Positions 48,979 through 60,785 of a stretch of 64,000 nt of DNA are shown one piece after another; position 1 is the first letter of the stretch; every line of letters starts with the position of its first letter. Position numbers and translations under genes: made by a program. The notes below the pieces were generated by a model, which saw only the letters and a list, made by a program, of their open reading frames with translations, ran no database searches and was not told the DNA's origin. Source of the DNA: Macrostomum lignano (taxonomy: Eukaryota); assembly GCA_002269645.1 (NCBI GenBank), contig NIVC01001237.1, positions 1-64,000 of the forward strand. The letters are read 5' to 3'.

Positions 48979-51085
48979 CCTAGCAGTGGCCATCTTGGTG
49001 TGTGGCTATCTTGGTCTTACACTAAATACATGAACATAAGGTGCTAATTTGTAAAAGTGCTAGAATCAAAATCCTAGACCTAAATCCCAAAAAAACAATT
49101 GAGTAAAAACACTTTACTTACTAGATTGTTATTTAAAATATTGTCATATATTACAATCATATCATAGTTGGCCTACTTTAGGCCCCTATTAGTTATTAGA
49201 CTCAGTGAAATATGATATATACATATTAAGTTCTGAACTTTCAATAATCTAAGCAAGGATAGGCCTAATATCAGTAATGCCAGATTTATACCTTTATTTA
49301 ACAGTACCTAGGGCCTACTCCTACCATCTAGCTAAATAAATGTGCACTTAGTCTTTAATCTTTAGCTTACTGAATATTGACATATTTTTCAATTATGATT
49401 AGGCCTATTGTGTATTAGGCCCCCTATAGTAGGCCTACTTCGAAAAAACCAAGTAAAAAGAACTTTAACTATATTGACTATTGTCAGCTGGTTAGACAGC
49501 TACCCTACATAAATATATCGCTGACGATGGTTTTGTTTGCTGCCACAAGCCACGGCCACAGTGCCAGTGGTAGTGGTAGTCAGTTTTGTCTGGACTCAGT
49601 GACTGTCACTTTCGTTAGACGTTATGACGTTAGTATTGACTTGACGTTAATATGACGTTAGTATTCATGTATTTAGCATTTATTAATTCAATTTAAATCA
49701 CTCTGTTTAAATGAAACAAAGTATTTTACACTTATACCCATTCTATATTATAATTTTAGCTAATGCCAGAGCCAGAGCTCAGTAGTAGTAGTAGTAGTAA
49801 GTTGGCTCAGACAAAAAGCAAAGTTTGGCAATTCCAAGGCGCGCGCATATTGTCCGAAGTTCAAAACTTATACGTGTGTGGTAGCTAGGATGAGCCTCCC
49901 ACTGATTTTTTTGAATTTTTTTTAATCGTCGTTCTGTTTCGGGTCGTTATTTTTTTTTGTAGTCCCGGGTCTGGCCCTTCTCCGTCCACATTATGGTGCT
50001 GCCCTACGTCACCATTCCGTCATCTCCCGCTCCCTGGTTCTGGCCCCGGGTTCCCTGGTTCTGGCCCTGGGTTCCCCGGTTCTGGCCATTGTGCCCCTTT
50101 TTTTGATCTTGTTATTTTTTGCCCATCTTCCCAGTGTTAAATTTACTCTTGTTCATATTTATGACCTCAAGGTCCAGTTAAATTACTATCGATTCTTTTT
50201 CTGTTCCATCAACGCCATGAAATGTCCCGCTAACTATTATAAATATGACGCTGTGAGGACGTTAATTTGTCTTGCTTGTTCTTTCCTGCCCCTCTCCTCC
50301 CTTTTGCTCCTTATCCATCTTTCTCCTTTTCCGTGTACTGATAGTAAATTCACACGTTTTCATAGTTGATCATTTGTAGTCGCCCTCGCGGCACCCTCAA
50401 ATCATAACTCGTCGTTTATTAAATAACATTAATAATAATTTAGCTAGTTTTTTCGTTTACTCAGTTTAAAATACAGTGAACCAATAATTTCGTTGCTTCA
50501 TTAACCAAGACCATAGCTTATCTTGAGTCATTTGCCCGTGGGGCGTAAAATAACCCAGACTCATCTCGAAGCAAGCTCTGAGACTTTTCAACGTTCCGTA
50601 ATACGTAAATTACGGTGGTGGCAGCGCTACTCTACTGTTAGTAACAACTCAATCATACGAGGTACATTGAATCTACGGTCTCTGAGGACCGGCATCTGAA
50701 CGCTCGCGCCAATTGAAGACCGCTCGCCTACGGCTAAACTACCCTCCCCCGGGATTGAGGACCCCGGCAGACGGAGTAACTTCGAGATATTTCTATCGGG
50801 ATTCGTCCACGCAAATTTTCCGGATTTACGAGCGTAATTCGTGCGAACTAACGACGGCGCCAATTCGAAGGCCTGAGCCGCTCAAATTCGACATTAGATC
50901 AAGTGAGCACCGGACAATTCCCCGACCACAACCAGGTCATAAACCGCCCCCACCTCACGTGTAACACATTTCTCGGAAGTACTGTGATAAACAAAATTAT
51001 GCAATAATAAGAGACGTCTCATTGTAAATATTTTTTAATTACCTGCAAAATTTTATTATAAAAAATAAGTCTTTTATTACATAAA

Positions 51086-53752
51086 CGATGGGTGCGCAAA
51101 AAGTTTTACTGGGTTCCCAATTGCAGATAAATTGTTGGTCCCAAATCTTTAAACTCTATTAAAGTCCTTCAATGTAATCTCCACCACGTTCTATGCATTT
51201 CTGGTGACAACGGATCCATGCCTCGAAGGCAGCGCGGTACTCCTACTATAGCTTTCATGATGTTTTCAGCTCTGAATTGATGCGGCGAGCCAGTCTTGGG
51301 GCCGCTGAAAATGACATCCAGTCATGCGTTCGGTCAGCTTCGGGAAGGCCCAGAAGTCGCAGGGCGCCAAGTTAGGACTGTATAAAGGGTGCGGTATCAC
51401 CTTTAGCTTGCTATCGGCCAAAAAGCTCGTTTTCATGGCCGCAGTGTGGCTGGAGGCGTTTTGTCGAGGTGCAAGTGATTCTGCCACTTTGGAGGCGGGT
51501 TGGCTGCTTTTCCATGACTGAAGCCACGACTTTAGGCAAAACCTCGCCAGTATAGAACGTGGCATTGACGTTCTGTCCATTTGGCACCATAATAACTTTC
51601 TTTGGCCCATTGATGCTGAAAAAAGAAGACGAACATCTGAGCTTCCATGTGAGCGAAATCCAGGGCCGGCGCAGAACAGTTGGACGGTCTTCATCGGAAC
51701 CAATCCAAAACCTAATTGTTTTGGCTTTGTGGGGCACTTGGAAGTAGTAAAACCACTTCTCGTCACAATTCAGTCACGACATCATAAGTCGCTTAGTGCC
51801 ACCTAATTCACCGAAGCATCGCAGAAATTCTTGGCTGCACCGAACCAGCTCTCCTGCTTCTGCTCTGCAGTGAGTGCGTGAGGCACCCAACGGGCCGTGA
51901 CCTTGCGGAGGCCAAGATGGTCATGCAGGATGGTTCGGACACTGCCATCAGAAATGACGATTGTCTGGCTATAAGTAGTGCAACGGTGATCTTCGTCCAC
52001 CAGCTGTCGCACAGCTACAATGTTCTGCTCGGTCACGGATGTTATTGGCCTCCCAGAACGAAGGAGTCGGTCATGGAGTGTCGACCAGCACTGTTCATTG
52101 TAACACGATATAAATGTGTCGTGCATTAAACGCTAAAAGCGTGCTTAAAATGGGCCATGATCGTATTGGCTGGAGTCATTTAATGCACGAGAAATATATA
52201 TCGTGTTACAATACTACTCAATACTTGGTTTTTCTTGCTTAAATGTCTATGAAACTCGTGTGCTTCGCACATCGTCGCTGTTCTAAAGAAGCCGAGCACC
52301 ACTAGGCTTGAAGACCATCGAGGCATCTGCCTTCAGTCCTGTGCAGCGAAGCTGTTCAACCGGATGCTGCTTTCGCGGTTGCAGCCCGTGCTGGATCCGT
52401 ACCTGCGCCCAGAGCAGAACGGGTTCCGGCCCCATCGCGGCACAGCGGCGCAGATCCTGGCTCTTCGCCGAGTCATCGAGGAGGCGCGGATTCGCCAGTC
52501 GATCCTAATTCTAATCTTTATTGATTTCAAGAAGGCATTCGACTCGGTTATCAGAGCCGTGCTTCCAATGGTGCTCCGCGCGTACAACGTGCCTGAGCAG
52601 CTGATCTCCGCCATCATGGCGATGTACCGTGATACGACAGCTGCTGTGACAACACCGGACGGCCTATCGGACTCCTTTGAGACATCCTCCGGAGTGCTTC
52701 AGGGAGATACGCTGGCGCCGTTCCTGTTCGTCCTGGTGCTTGACTGGGTGCTGCGGACCGCTCTTCCTACCGACGACGACGGCTTTCTGCTGCGGCGACG
52801 CGTGGGTCGACGTCAACCGGAGAAGCGGCTCAGCGTGCTTGGCTACACCGATGACCTCGCCCTGCTGTCTTCGACTGTCGAGGGCGCCCAACAGCAGCTG
52901 GACAGGCTAGTTGCCGTTGCGGCGAGCGTCGGCCTGGTGGTCAACACGCAGAAGACCGTTGTGCTCTGCGTGCCGGACGACATCGAGGCTGCAATATTCT
53001 GCCGAGGCGCTGACGGGCAGGCGACCGAGCTCCCGCGATGTCAGCAGTTCGTCTACCTCGGCGGTCTGGTTCCAGACGCTCGCGAGGACCTGCGACGCCG
53101 CCGCGGGCTTGCCTGGGCTGCCTTTCGTTCTGTGAGGGCAGTCCTGCAGTCCGAGGCCCTACCGGACCGCCAGAGGGCGGCGCTGTTCCAGGCGGTAATC
53201 GAGACCGTCCTGCTCTACAACGCCGAGACCTGGACGCTGACGGACTCACTTGAACAGCAAGTCGATGCGGCGCACGCTGGCCTGCTGTGCACCGCCTTCA
53301 ACATCGGCGTCGAGCGAGTCAACAACGCGGCACTCTATCGCCGCGCTGGCCTGCCACGTCCAAGCGATCTACTGCGCCGTCGGCGACTCCAGCTCGCAGG
53401 CCATCTCATCTGCGCCGAGTTGTACTGCCCACAGCCGGTGCAGGAGGTGCTGCTGCTCACGCTGCAGGCACCCTACCGGCGAGGTCAAGCGCGAACTCGG
53501 CGTTACGTCGACTGTCTGCTGGCTGACGCCGGCGCCCCGGACACTGCCGGTGGCGCGGCCTTTGTTCGCGCCCAAGACATGAAGCGCGCCCTGTGACGCA
53601 GACTTTTGCCATCCTGACAGCGTATTTTGTTGTTGCTGTTGTTGCGCTTCGGGCACTCGTGACCTAGACATTTAAACACTCAAAACCAAGTATTGAATCC
53701 TATATTCAAAAAGTTATGAGCCAGTTGCCAAAACTTTTTGCCCCACCCCTCG
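51086..53752 (-). mobile_element. Old, degenerate mariner transposon interrupted by a LINE
   Basis: Fragmented frames at 51270-52126 give RSGRP..VRQLVDED..GSVRTILHDHLGLRKVTARWVPHAL and PHPLYSPNLAPCDFWAFPKL. Imperfect ~22-bp TIRs at 51086-51107 and 53730-53752; the right one is followed by TA. Confidence 0.8.
52271..53644 (+). mobile_element. 5'-truncated RTE-type non-LTR retrotransposon (RT domain and C-terminus; ORF 52364-53596)
   Basis: RT motifs EQNGFRP, FIDFKKAFDSV, GVLQGDTLAPFLF and YTDD (YADD variant), followed by LLYNAETWTL. It ends in a (TTG)n-like tail. No endonuclease domain is present. Confidence 0.92.
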
Positions 53753-54307
53753 TAACTTTATTATTTGTGTTTATTTTTAAAAATTACTGTAATTTTGTTG
53801 GCTGCCAGAAATTCGTCTATAGCTACCATGCACTCTTTCGTAAGCAAAAATACGATATGCAGTCGATTACCAATTATATTGTATTATATTGTAAATTATT
53901 AGCATTTATCACACTATTTTTGGCGTAAAAGGATTGTACACACTGTGTCACTAAACTCTCACTCTCACAAGTCACAATTTTGCATGTTAATTGTCTGCAA
54001 AAGATCGAAGGACCACACTGGAAGATTACAATCTACGTTTTATCTACAAATAGTCCTTGGTGCTGCCATATACATATACATGGCACTCATTTATTTGATT
54101 TTCCATCTACTTTGCAGAAAGCAAAGAGAGCTGGAACAGATCGCGACCTAATTTCATAATATTCGCTTCCTTAATTGTCGTCGACATAAAAGGTGGCAGC
54201 CGCGTTTTGATGGCAGATCCGCCGTACGTTTCCAGTCTATATACTCGTCGCTAGTGGCCGATAACTCGCTATGTGCTTTTTTAAGCAACAAAAACGGCAG
54301 CACGTAC

Positions 54308-54610
54308 CAGGGGCGTCGATCGCCATGCGTTTTATGATGGTGGGGGGGGGGACAAAGCCAAGAATTCTACATGTGTACATGTACATTATTTTCAGAATCC
54401 GTGTTGTCAGCGCTCATTCTGGCACCGCAGGCACTCATTTTGGTGCCGCAGGCGCTATGTTTTGTCATCCTGAAGCAAAATTATTGATTTCCATAACGGG
54501 TCAAAAGGTGGGGTGGGGGTGACAAAGCATTGGCATGCCCCCCCCATACATGTAGCTTCTACTGGGGGGGGGACACGTCCCCCTGTCCCCCCCCGGTGGC
54601 GACACCCCTG
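54308..54610. mobile_element. hAT-type MITE, ~303 bp; partial second copy at ~55022-55150
   Basis: TIR CAGGGG(C/T)GTCG with an imperfect 8-bp TSD GCACGTAC/GCACCCAC. Confidence 0.65.
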
Positions 54611-55643
54611 GCACCCACAATCAAACTTGAGGTCGGATCATTTGACCTTCCACCCAAGCAGTCACACACTATATATAAGTCTTAAGCTTGTTGCATCGGT
54701 TGCTCACCACCAGAACTGGACTGGAGAGTCAAGTAGGACTCCGTACTCCTATATATTGACGTAAATCGTGGATTGCATTTTTCGCGAAATTATTTATCTT
54801 GCCCTATGTCGTCTGTACTTTAAAATATCGAGCGCCGCGCTAGATAGACCATACTAGTAGGCTTAACCCCCTTTTGTTCAGTCTTTGTTTGGCAACTTCC
54901 TTGTGGAGAAGAAATTCAATTTATATGACAGAAGATCAGAAGTTTTGTGTTGACGAAAGAAAACAGTTCTTCAATAAGCGATACGAGCTTACACATTGTA
55001 CATGGATAAACACCAATGATCATCAATTGATTTCCATAACGGGGCACAAGGTGGGGTACTGGGGGGTGACAAAGCATTGGCATGTCCCTCCCCATACATG
55101 TATAGCTTCTACTGGGGGGGGGGCCATGTCTCCCTGTCCCCCCCCCTCGGGGATCATCCGAGGATCAGATCTTGATAAAAATAAATGAAACTTCATTTAA
55201 ATTTTATTATTTATGAGTAAATTTTTTAACGCATCTAGACTTTTTTAGAAGAATTTTTAGCAGAATAAAAATAAGCCGGATAAAAAAGAAGCAAGCTAAA
55301 ACAAGCGAGATGAGACGCCTAATTGGAGCGAGTAGAGGTCTGGGTAGCGTGGAGTCCTGGACATAAGCAAGATGATAAGAGATGGATCATCAAAACTGAT
55401 TTTTTAATTGTAGACGAAATCGAATTTTATTGACAGAATTTTCCGAACTCGAAATTGAAATCGAAGTTTTAAATTTTGCTAGTGGTAGAAGTGCAATCGG
55501 CGCTGAGCAGTCTCTGCGGTGTGATGGGCGCTGAGCAGTCTCTACGCTGCGATGGGCGCTGAGCAGTCGACAGAAATTCGGAAACCCAACACCACTTTAA
55601 AAGGGCCACTGGTCAAGTACATGATGGCTACACATTAGCGCAA

Positions 55644-57377
55644 TTAACAGATGTAAGTCACAATAGTGGCCAATATTGCCGATCCGCAGACTGGGCAGCT
55701 TTGATTGATCTCCGAGCACTGCTGGCACAGTGCCAGGTGGGCGCATGGCAACAAGGTTCGACTCAGCACCTGTCTGTGGCAGCTCTTGCACTGGTCATCT
55801 AGTACTTGTAGTTGTGGTTGCTGCTGCTGAGACTGACTGCTTGCGGTTCTGTTGATTAGACTTGGCTCGGGGAAATGACCTGATCGAGTTACCGAGGAAG
55901 ATAAGAGTTTTAGTAGGTCTGGTTCGGCAAACTTGGCTGCACTTCTGGAGAAAAATTTCCAGCATTAGGGATGACGTGTTATTGAAAATTTGAGCAGATA
56001 AGATTATTCTTTTTGACTTTTTCCCTTGCAGAAGCATGCTAGTCTTACGTAATACGCTCGTAGTATTAAATAATATTAATGATAATAATCATAATTGATT
56101 ACACCTGCCCTAATCGGGCCGATTGTGCAACCGACAGCTCAGCCGCAGCTATTGCGCGGCGCATTTTAAGGCTGCGTACGGCTGTTCAGTCCAAGGACTG
56201 GGGGTCGTCACACACACCCTTCATTGAACCAGCTAATGCTAGCACCCATTTTACAGCTGGGTGAACTGAAGCAATGCAGAGTTAAGTGTCTTGCTCAAGG
56301 ACACAGTTTGTTTCAGTCCGACCTTTCAGTCGTTAGTCCGATGCTCTAACTACTACATTTAGGTTACATGTACAATATAATGAAGTCATAAGCCAACAGC
56401 ATTTAAAATTTCACAGTTTTTTGCTTTTGAGTGCCGATTTTTACCCACCATTAGCTGTGGCAGCTGCAGCCCTGGAGCCATCGGTCATTAGCGGCGGGCA
56501 ATCTCGGGCGCGAACCTCGGGTCGAACTACTCGTTCCCTCTCCTGTGTTGACGGCTCAGCATCTGCCGTCGACAAGATCTGTTGGGCAACTTTCGCGGCG
56601 ATTTTCAGTAAATCAGGCTCGACGCTCTCCTCCAAGTAGTGCCAGGCTTCAAGGACGTGTCCTGGTAGAAGCTTCAAACCGTTTTGAACGTCTCCTACGG
56701 CTGCAAGTGCTCTCAGTGAGACCAACGCTATCAGCTCTTTAGGACAACCGAATTGCCATGCAGTTTCAGTTACTTGGGAGATCTCACGGCTGCTCAGCAA
56801 CTGGGCAGTTTTTGTTCGTTTCAGGCGCATGTTACTGAAGGCTGCTGTCGTCGATGCTGATAGGACTGGCATCAGACAGGCTGCAGAATGACCGACTGAC
56901 TGCCCCATCTGGGAATCTGCACTACAATAGCAACAGCAGTAAGTAGTTTCAGCAGAAGTTGCTGATGTAGAATTCGATAATCTTTTTCGAAACAAACCGG
57001 ATTTAGCCAGCTCTGGAGAGACTGAAGTCTGCAAGCGAGTGTTGTAGACCAGCTGACTGGGGTGAGATGCGCCGACTACGGCTTGGACTAGGATGACTGC
57101 AAAATTTACGGTGTTAAAATAGGTTCTGATTTACGTATGGCAAAGGAGTTTATTAGTATTAGCCAATCCGAGCCTTGGTCAGCAATATAATCTCCTAAGG
57201 TACAAACTTTGTTTCATGCAAGATCTCCATTGCATGACTGCTCACAAAATAAAAAATCAATGTGTACCCATTTTGAAGCAACCATCACAGAAACTCACAG
57301 CCACGTTCCGGTGCAGCTATGTGATCTGTGCAGCCGGTTATAAGTTGGTCAAGATCTGTCTCATTGCGACTGCTCAT
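55644..57377 (-). CDS. IAP-like protein: degenerate BIR, UBA-like and C-terminal C3HC4 RING domains, 3 exons, 343 aa
   Basis: Exons 57377-57299, 57096-56445 and 55944-55644 splice in frame (1032 nt). They encode YNTRLQTSVSPELAKSGLF..CCYC..H..C (BIR-like), AWQFGCPKELIALV (UBA-like), and CKSCHRQVLSRTLLPCAHLALCQQCSEINQSCPVCGSAILATIVTYIC* (IAP-type RING, cf. XIAP CKIC..PCGHLVTCKQC..CPMC). The last exon is missing from the ORF track. Confidence 0.8.
56075..56356 (-). mobile_element. tRNA-derived SINE (second copy) in intron 2 of the IAP-RING gene
   Basis: Reverse-complement match to 40088-40385. It has an A-box-like TAGTTAGAGCATCGG, and the B-box segment is deleted. Confidence 0.8.
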
Positions 57378-58656
57378 TTGACCGCAGAGAGCAGCTTGTC
57401 AATGTGCTCTTTTAAATGTCAGATTCAGCTATCAAGGCCAGGAAAAATATGCAGCATGAAAGCGAAGAGCCGCCGTGTAGGTGCACGTCGTCTTCGCTTG
57501 CTTCTTTTGTGGCAGATTGTTGCTAACGGAAGTGATGTAGGAAGCCAATGTAGGTTTTTTTCGGTCAAGCAGAACAATGTCCAAATCAAATATAACATAG
57601 CCATCCCAACAGCATAAAATTCAGTTTTTCATCTGCCAAAACAGCTAAGTCATGTGCAAATTAGTTATCAGAGGGCTTCTCAATATTACCCCCACTGTTG
57701 CGCAATGACGGAAGATGCATAAATACAACAGGAAATTCAACAGGAAAGGATATTTTGCTATACTTGACTGGAAAAATCTAGCTATAGAAAAACGATAGCT
57801 TCATAATAATTCAAATCAATCTCGGACAAAAAGTGATTGCCTAAGCCCTGAAATGAGATTCTGCAGCTGCAAAAGGTGAGTTACTTTTTTATGTAAATTT
57901 AGTGCTAAAAGAACCATGTGCATGTAGCTGTATACCGCCCTTCGGTGAAGAATTGCACAATTTGCGAGTGTATTGCTTTAGCGTATGTTACTATTTTTAG
58001 ACATGCCGCTGTACTTACAATTGTGCATTCACGCCAGGACTTAAGTAGTACAATATTTATTCTTAGTTGAGGCTGAAATTAACAGGTTAATTGACGTAGC
58101 CAACTCACTGTAGTGCCGTGTAAAAATACTCTTAGGTCGCTAAAAACTCAATCCTATATATCGGCCTGGAAATGTTCCTTATACGCGTCGTAACAGGTAG
58201 AAGACTACATCACACTTTGCTGCTAGCTAGCTATGAATAAAACAGGGAACCGCTGGATTGTGCACAATTGTACAGCAGCTATAAGGCTCGTACATATATA
58301 CCGTAGCTCACACGTAGCTAAGTAGTCACTTAGTCTAAGCCAAAAGTACAGTCTATGGGCCAACGCCAAGTATAGCTTCTCCGCTTGCAATGATCGACGC
58401 AATGGGCCGTATGCAGAAAGCTCTGTCTAGGGTAGTCCGGTCTTGAAAAGCTAGTCTGGACTCGGATTTGGTATGCAGAAACACAAATTTAGACCGGTCT
58501 AGCATAGACAAAACTACCCTAGTTCTGTCTATGGTAGTTTAGTCTTACTTTGGTATGCATAAAAGCTTTGACTAGTTAGTCTGGACTTAGACAAAACCTA
58601 GCCTGCTCTAGAGCTGTCTTGATAGCTAATTTTGCATTGCCTTCGCCCTTAGACGA

Positions 58657-59133
58657 TTGAAAGAAATGAATATTTTGGTTGCGATAGATTTAGTTCAGCG
58701 AGACCTCCATCGACAACGCATATTCCGTGATCGGTTGGAGCCACTTCAACAATTCTCGGAGGTTGAAATTAAAAGACTGTTTCGGTTCGAACCTAGATCA
58801 CTTCTATCACTTGTGGAGCTTGTCGAGACAGATCTCGAACGGACGACAATGCGTAACAGAAGCCTGACTCCCATGCTACAGCTGTGCCTGACACTATCTT
58901 ATCTCGGCACTGGAAGCTTTCAGCAGAACCTGTCTGCTCTTGGAGGTATCGACCAAAGCACCATGTCCCGCTGCTACTGGGGAGTGGTCAGGATACTTAA
59001 TCTCCGTTCGAATAACATCCGCTATCCAGAGCCAGGTGTTGAGCGGACGCGAGTGTCAACGGGGTTTAATCAAATTGGTCAACTGGCAGATGTAATCGGT
59101 GCTATCGACTGTACGCATGTACGAATTCAATGA
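58657..59133 (+). pseudogene. Harbinger (HARBI1-like, DDE_Tnp_4) transposase, N-terminal half only
   Basis: RLFRF..LVELV..LTPMLQLCLTLSYLGTGSFQ..GIDQSTMSRC..VIGAIDCTHVRIQ. It is truncated just after the first catalytic Asp. Confidence 0.9.
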
Positions 59134-59454
59134 CAACGGTGTTAGGCGCGGGTTGTCCTCACCAATCACCTCCAACACCTTGAAGTCATTAGAGGACATT
59201 TTTGGAGCTGGCCCGCCTCCAGTCTTCTTCGTAGTTTTTTCCTTAACTCGTTGCAAGATGTTTTTCCATTTTTTCTGCACCTGGTCGACCGTGTAATTGG
59301 TCTTGAAGTGGTCGTTTACTTGAGATGTTACGTCTTCCCAAGCGTTTGCCCTTCTTCGCCTGCATGTAGGCGTTTGGCCCTTCGACAAAATTGAAGCCGA
59401 ATGTCTTTGTAGAACGTCAAGAAGAACTGTTTCGTAGTCTGTTGTCGCTGACAT
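59056..59454 (-). CDS. Harbinger Myb/SANT-like DNA-binding protein (C-terminus lost at the deletion junction)
   Basis: E..LLDVLQRH..IL..RANAWEDVTSQVN..YTVDQVQKKWKNI..KKTGGGP is a typical Myb_DNA-bind_5/MSANTD pattern. Confidence 0.85.
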   Translation of the reverse strand: MSATTDYETVLLDVLQRHSASILSKGQTPTCRRRRANAWEDVTSQVNDHFKTNYTVDQVQKKWKNILQRVKEKTTKKTGGGPAPKMSSNDFKVLEVIGEDNPRLTPLSLNSYMRTVDSTDYICQLTNLIKPR

Positions 59455-59736
59455 TTCAGAAGTATACGCATATGCACAGAGAACCAGTATAGGAACGGTT
59501 AAGTTAGCGACCCAGTATATAAACAGAAAGCATTTACAGGGGTTTGGGCCATAGAACTAAAAAATCATTAAAACTAGGCGCTAAAGTTGGGCGCTCTGTC
59601 TAGCTTAGACTAGTCTAGCCTAGACGAATCTCGGTAGTCGCGACTAGCTTTTGTGCATACCGATTTTAAGACCATAGACAGAACTACCCAGTCCGGACTA
59701 GCTAGTCTGGACTAAGCTTTCTGCATACGGCCGAAT

Positions 59737-60126
59737 GGGCCGTATGCACAAAGCTCTGTCTAGGGTAGTCCGGTCTTGAAAAGCTAGTCTGGACTTGGAT
59801 TTGGTATGCAGAAACACAAAGTTAGACCGGTCTACTATAGACAGAAGGCCGTATGCAGAAAGCTTAGTCCAGACTAGCTAGTCCGGACTTGGGTAGTTCA
59901 GTCTATGGTCTATGGTCTAGCTACCTTAGTTCTGTCTATAGTAGACCGGTCTAACTTGTGTTTCTGCATACCAAATCCAAGTCCAGACTAGCTTTTCAAG
60001 ACCGGACTACCCTAGACAGAGCTTTCTGCATACGGCCCAAAACTAAGGTAGCTAGACCATAGACTATAGACTGAACTACCCAAGTCCGGACTAGCTAAGT
60101 CTGGACTAAGCTTTCTGCATAGGCCT
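59737..60126. mobile_element. Harbinger-derived ~195-bp MITE interrupted by an inverted copy of itself (59846-60038)
   Basis: The order is left end forward, inverted right end, inverted left end, right end forward. The inner copy is flanked by AGA/AAA. Confidence 0.85.
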
Positions 60127-60269
60127 AAAGAGTCACGAATTTGACTAAGCTGGAACAATATAGCTTCCTCTACCATAGACATTTGAAACGCGTAGAAAAA
60201 ATATTTCACCTAACTTTAATCAGCCTTCTAAATCAGGACTTTACAGACAATGCAGATCTCGAATTGAGC

Positions 60270-60350
60270 CTGTGGCGCTAAAGTGAGTGCCTGCGGCGCT
60301 AAAGTGAGTGCCTGCGGCGCCAAAATGAGTGCCTGCGGCGCTAAAATGAG
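60270..60350. repeat. 21-bp tandem repeat (GGCGCTAAAGTGAGTGCCTGC), ~4 copies, before an orphan hAT-like end (ACGCCCCTG, ~60464)
   Basis: Directly visible. Confidence 0.75.
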
Positions 60351-60785
60351 TGCTGACAATATTGATTTTGAAACTAATGTACATGTAGGAATTTATTCAT
60401 GTACATGTACGTGTATAATTGTTGGCTTTGTCCTCCCCAGCAAAAAATCGATGGCAACGCCCCTGCTTATATGAATTGACAGCGGCAGTTGCGTGCATAT
60501 GTTTGTCAAACCAATTCTGCGATATATAGCATGGAATAAACTATGTATATAAGTGCTCAATTTTCTGTCATTTAAGCTCGTTTATGTAAATAATTTTATG
60601 GTTGTTCATTCGAGTATAATAGGGGGCACATGCATCTAGATAGTATGTTTTATAGAGTCGATTGAATTAAAATCAGTAAACTCATTCCAAAACCTGAGAT
60701 GTGCAAAGATTTTGGTTTATTTTTTTAAACGATTTTTGTGATCTTGAGATCTTCGACAGATGATAGGAGTGCCAACTAAAATATA

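Larger units (their letters stand above)
58404..59733. mobile_element. Internally deleted PIF/Harbinger transposon
   Basis: TIR GGGCCGTATGCAGAAAGCT and 3-bp TSD AAT. Convergent transposase and Myb/SANT ORFs are fused tail to tail near 59130. Confidence 0.9.

Noticed and set aside
44066-49022. Inverted CCAAGATGGCCAC motifs at ~44070 and ~49000 suggesting a 5-kb TIR element
   Set aside because: A similar motif also occurs at ~9145 and the similarity does not extend inward. Independent copies of a small dispersed repeat are more likely.
50636-50966. TGTTA...TAACA-bounded ~330-bp segment with a PBS-like TGGTGGCAGCG nearby, suggesting a solo LTR
   Set aside because: There is no target-site duplication and the PBS-like motif is not positioned after an LTR end.
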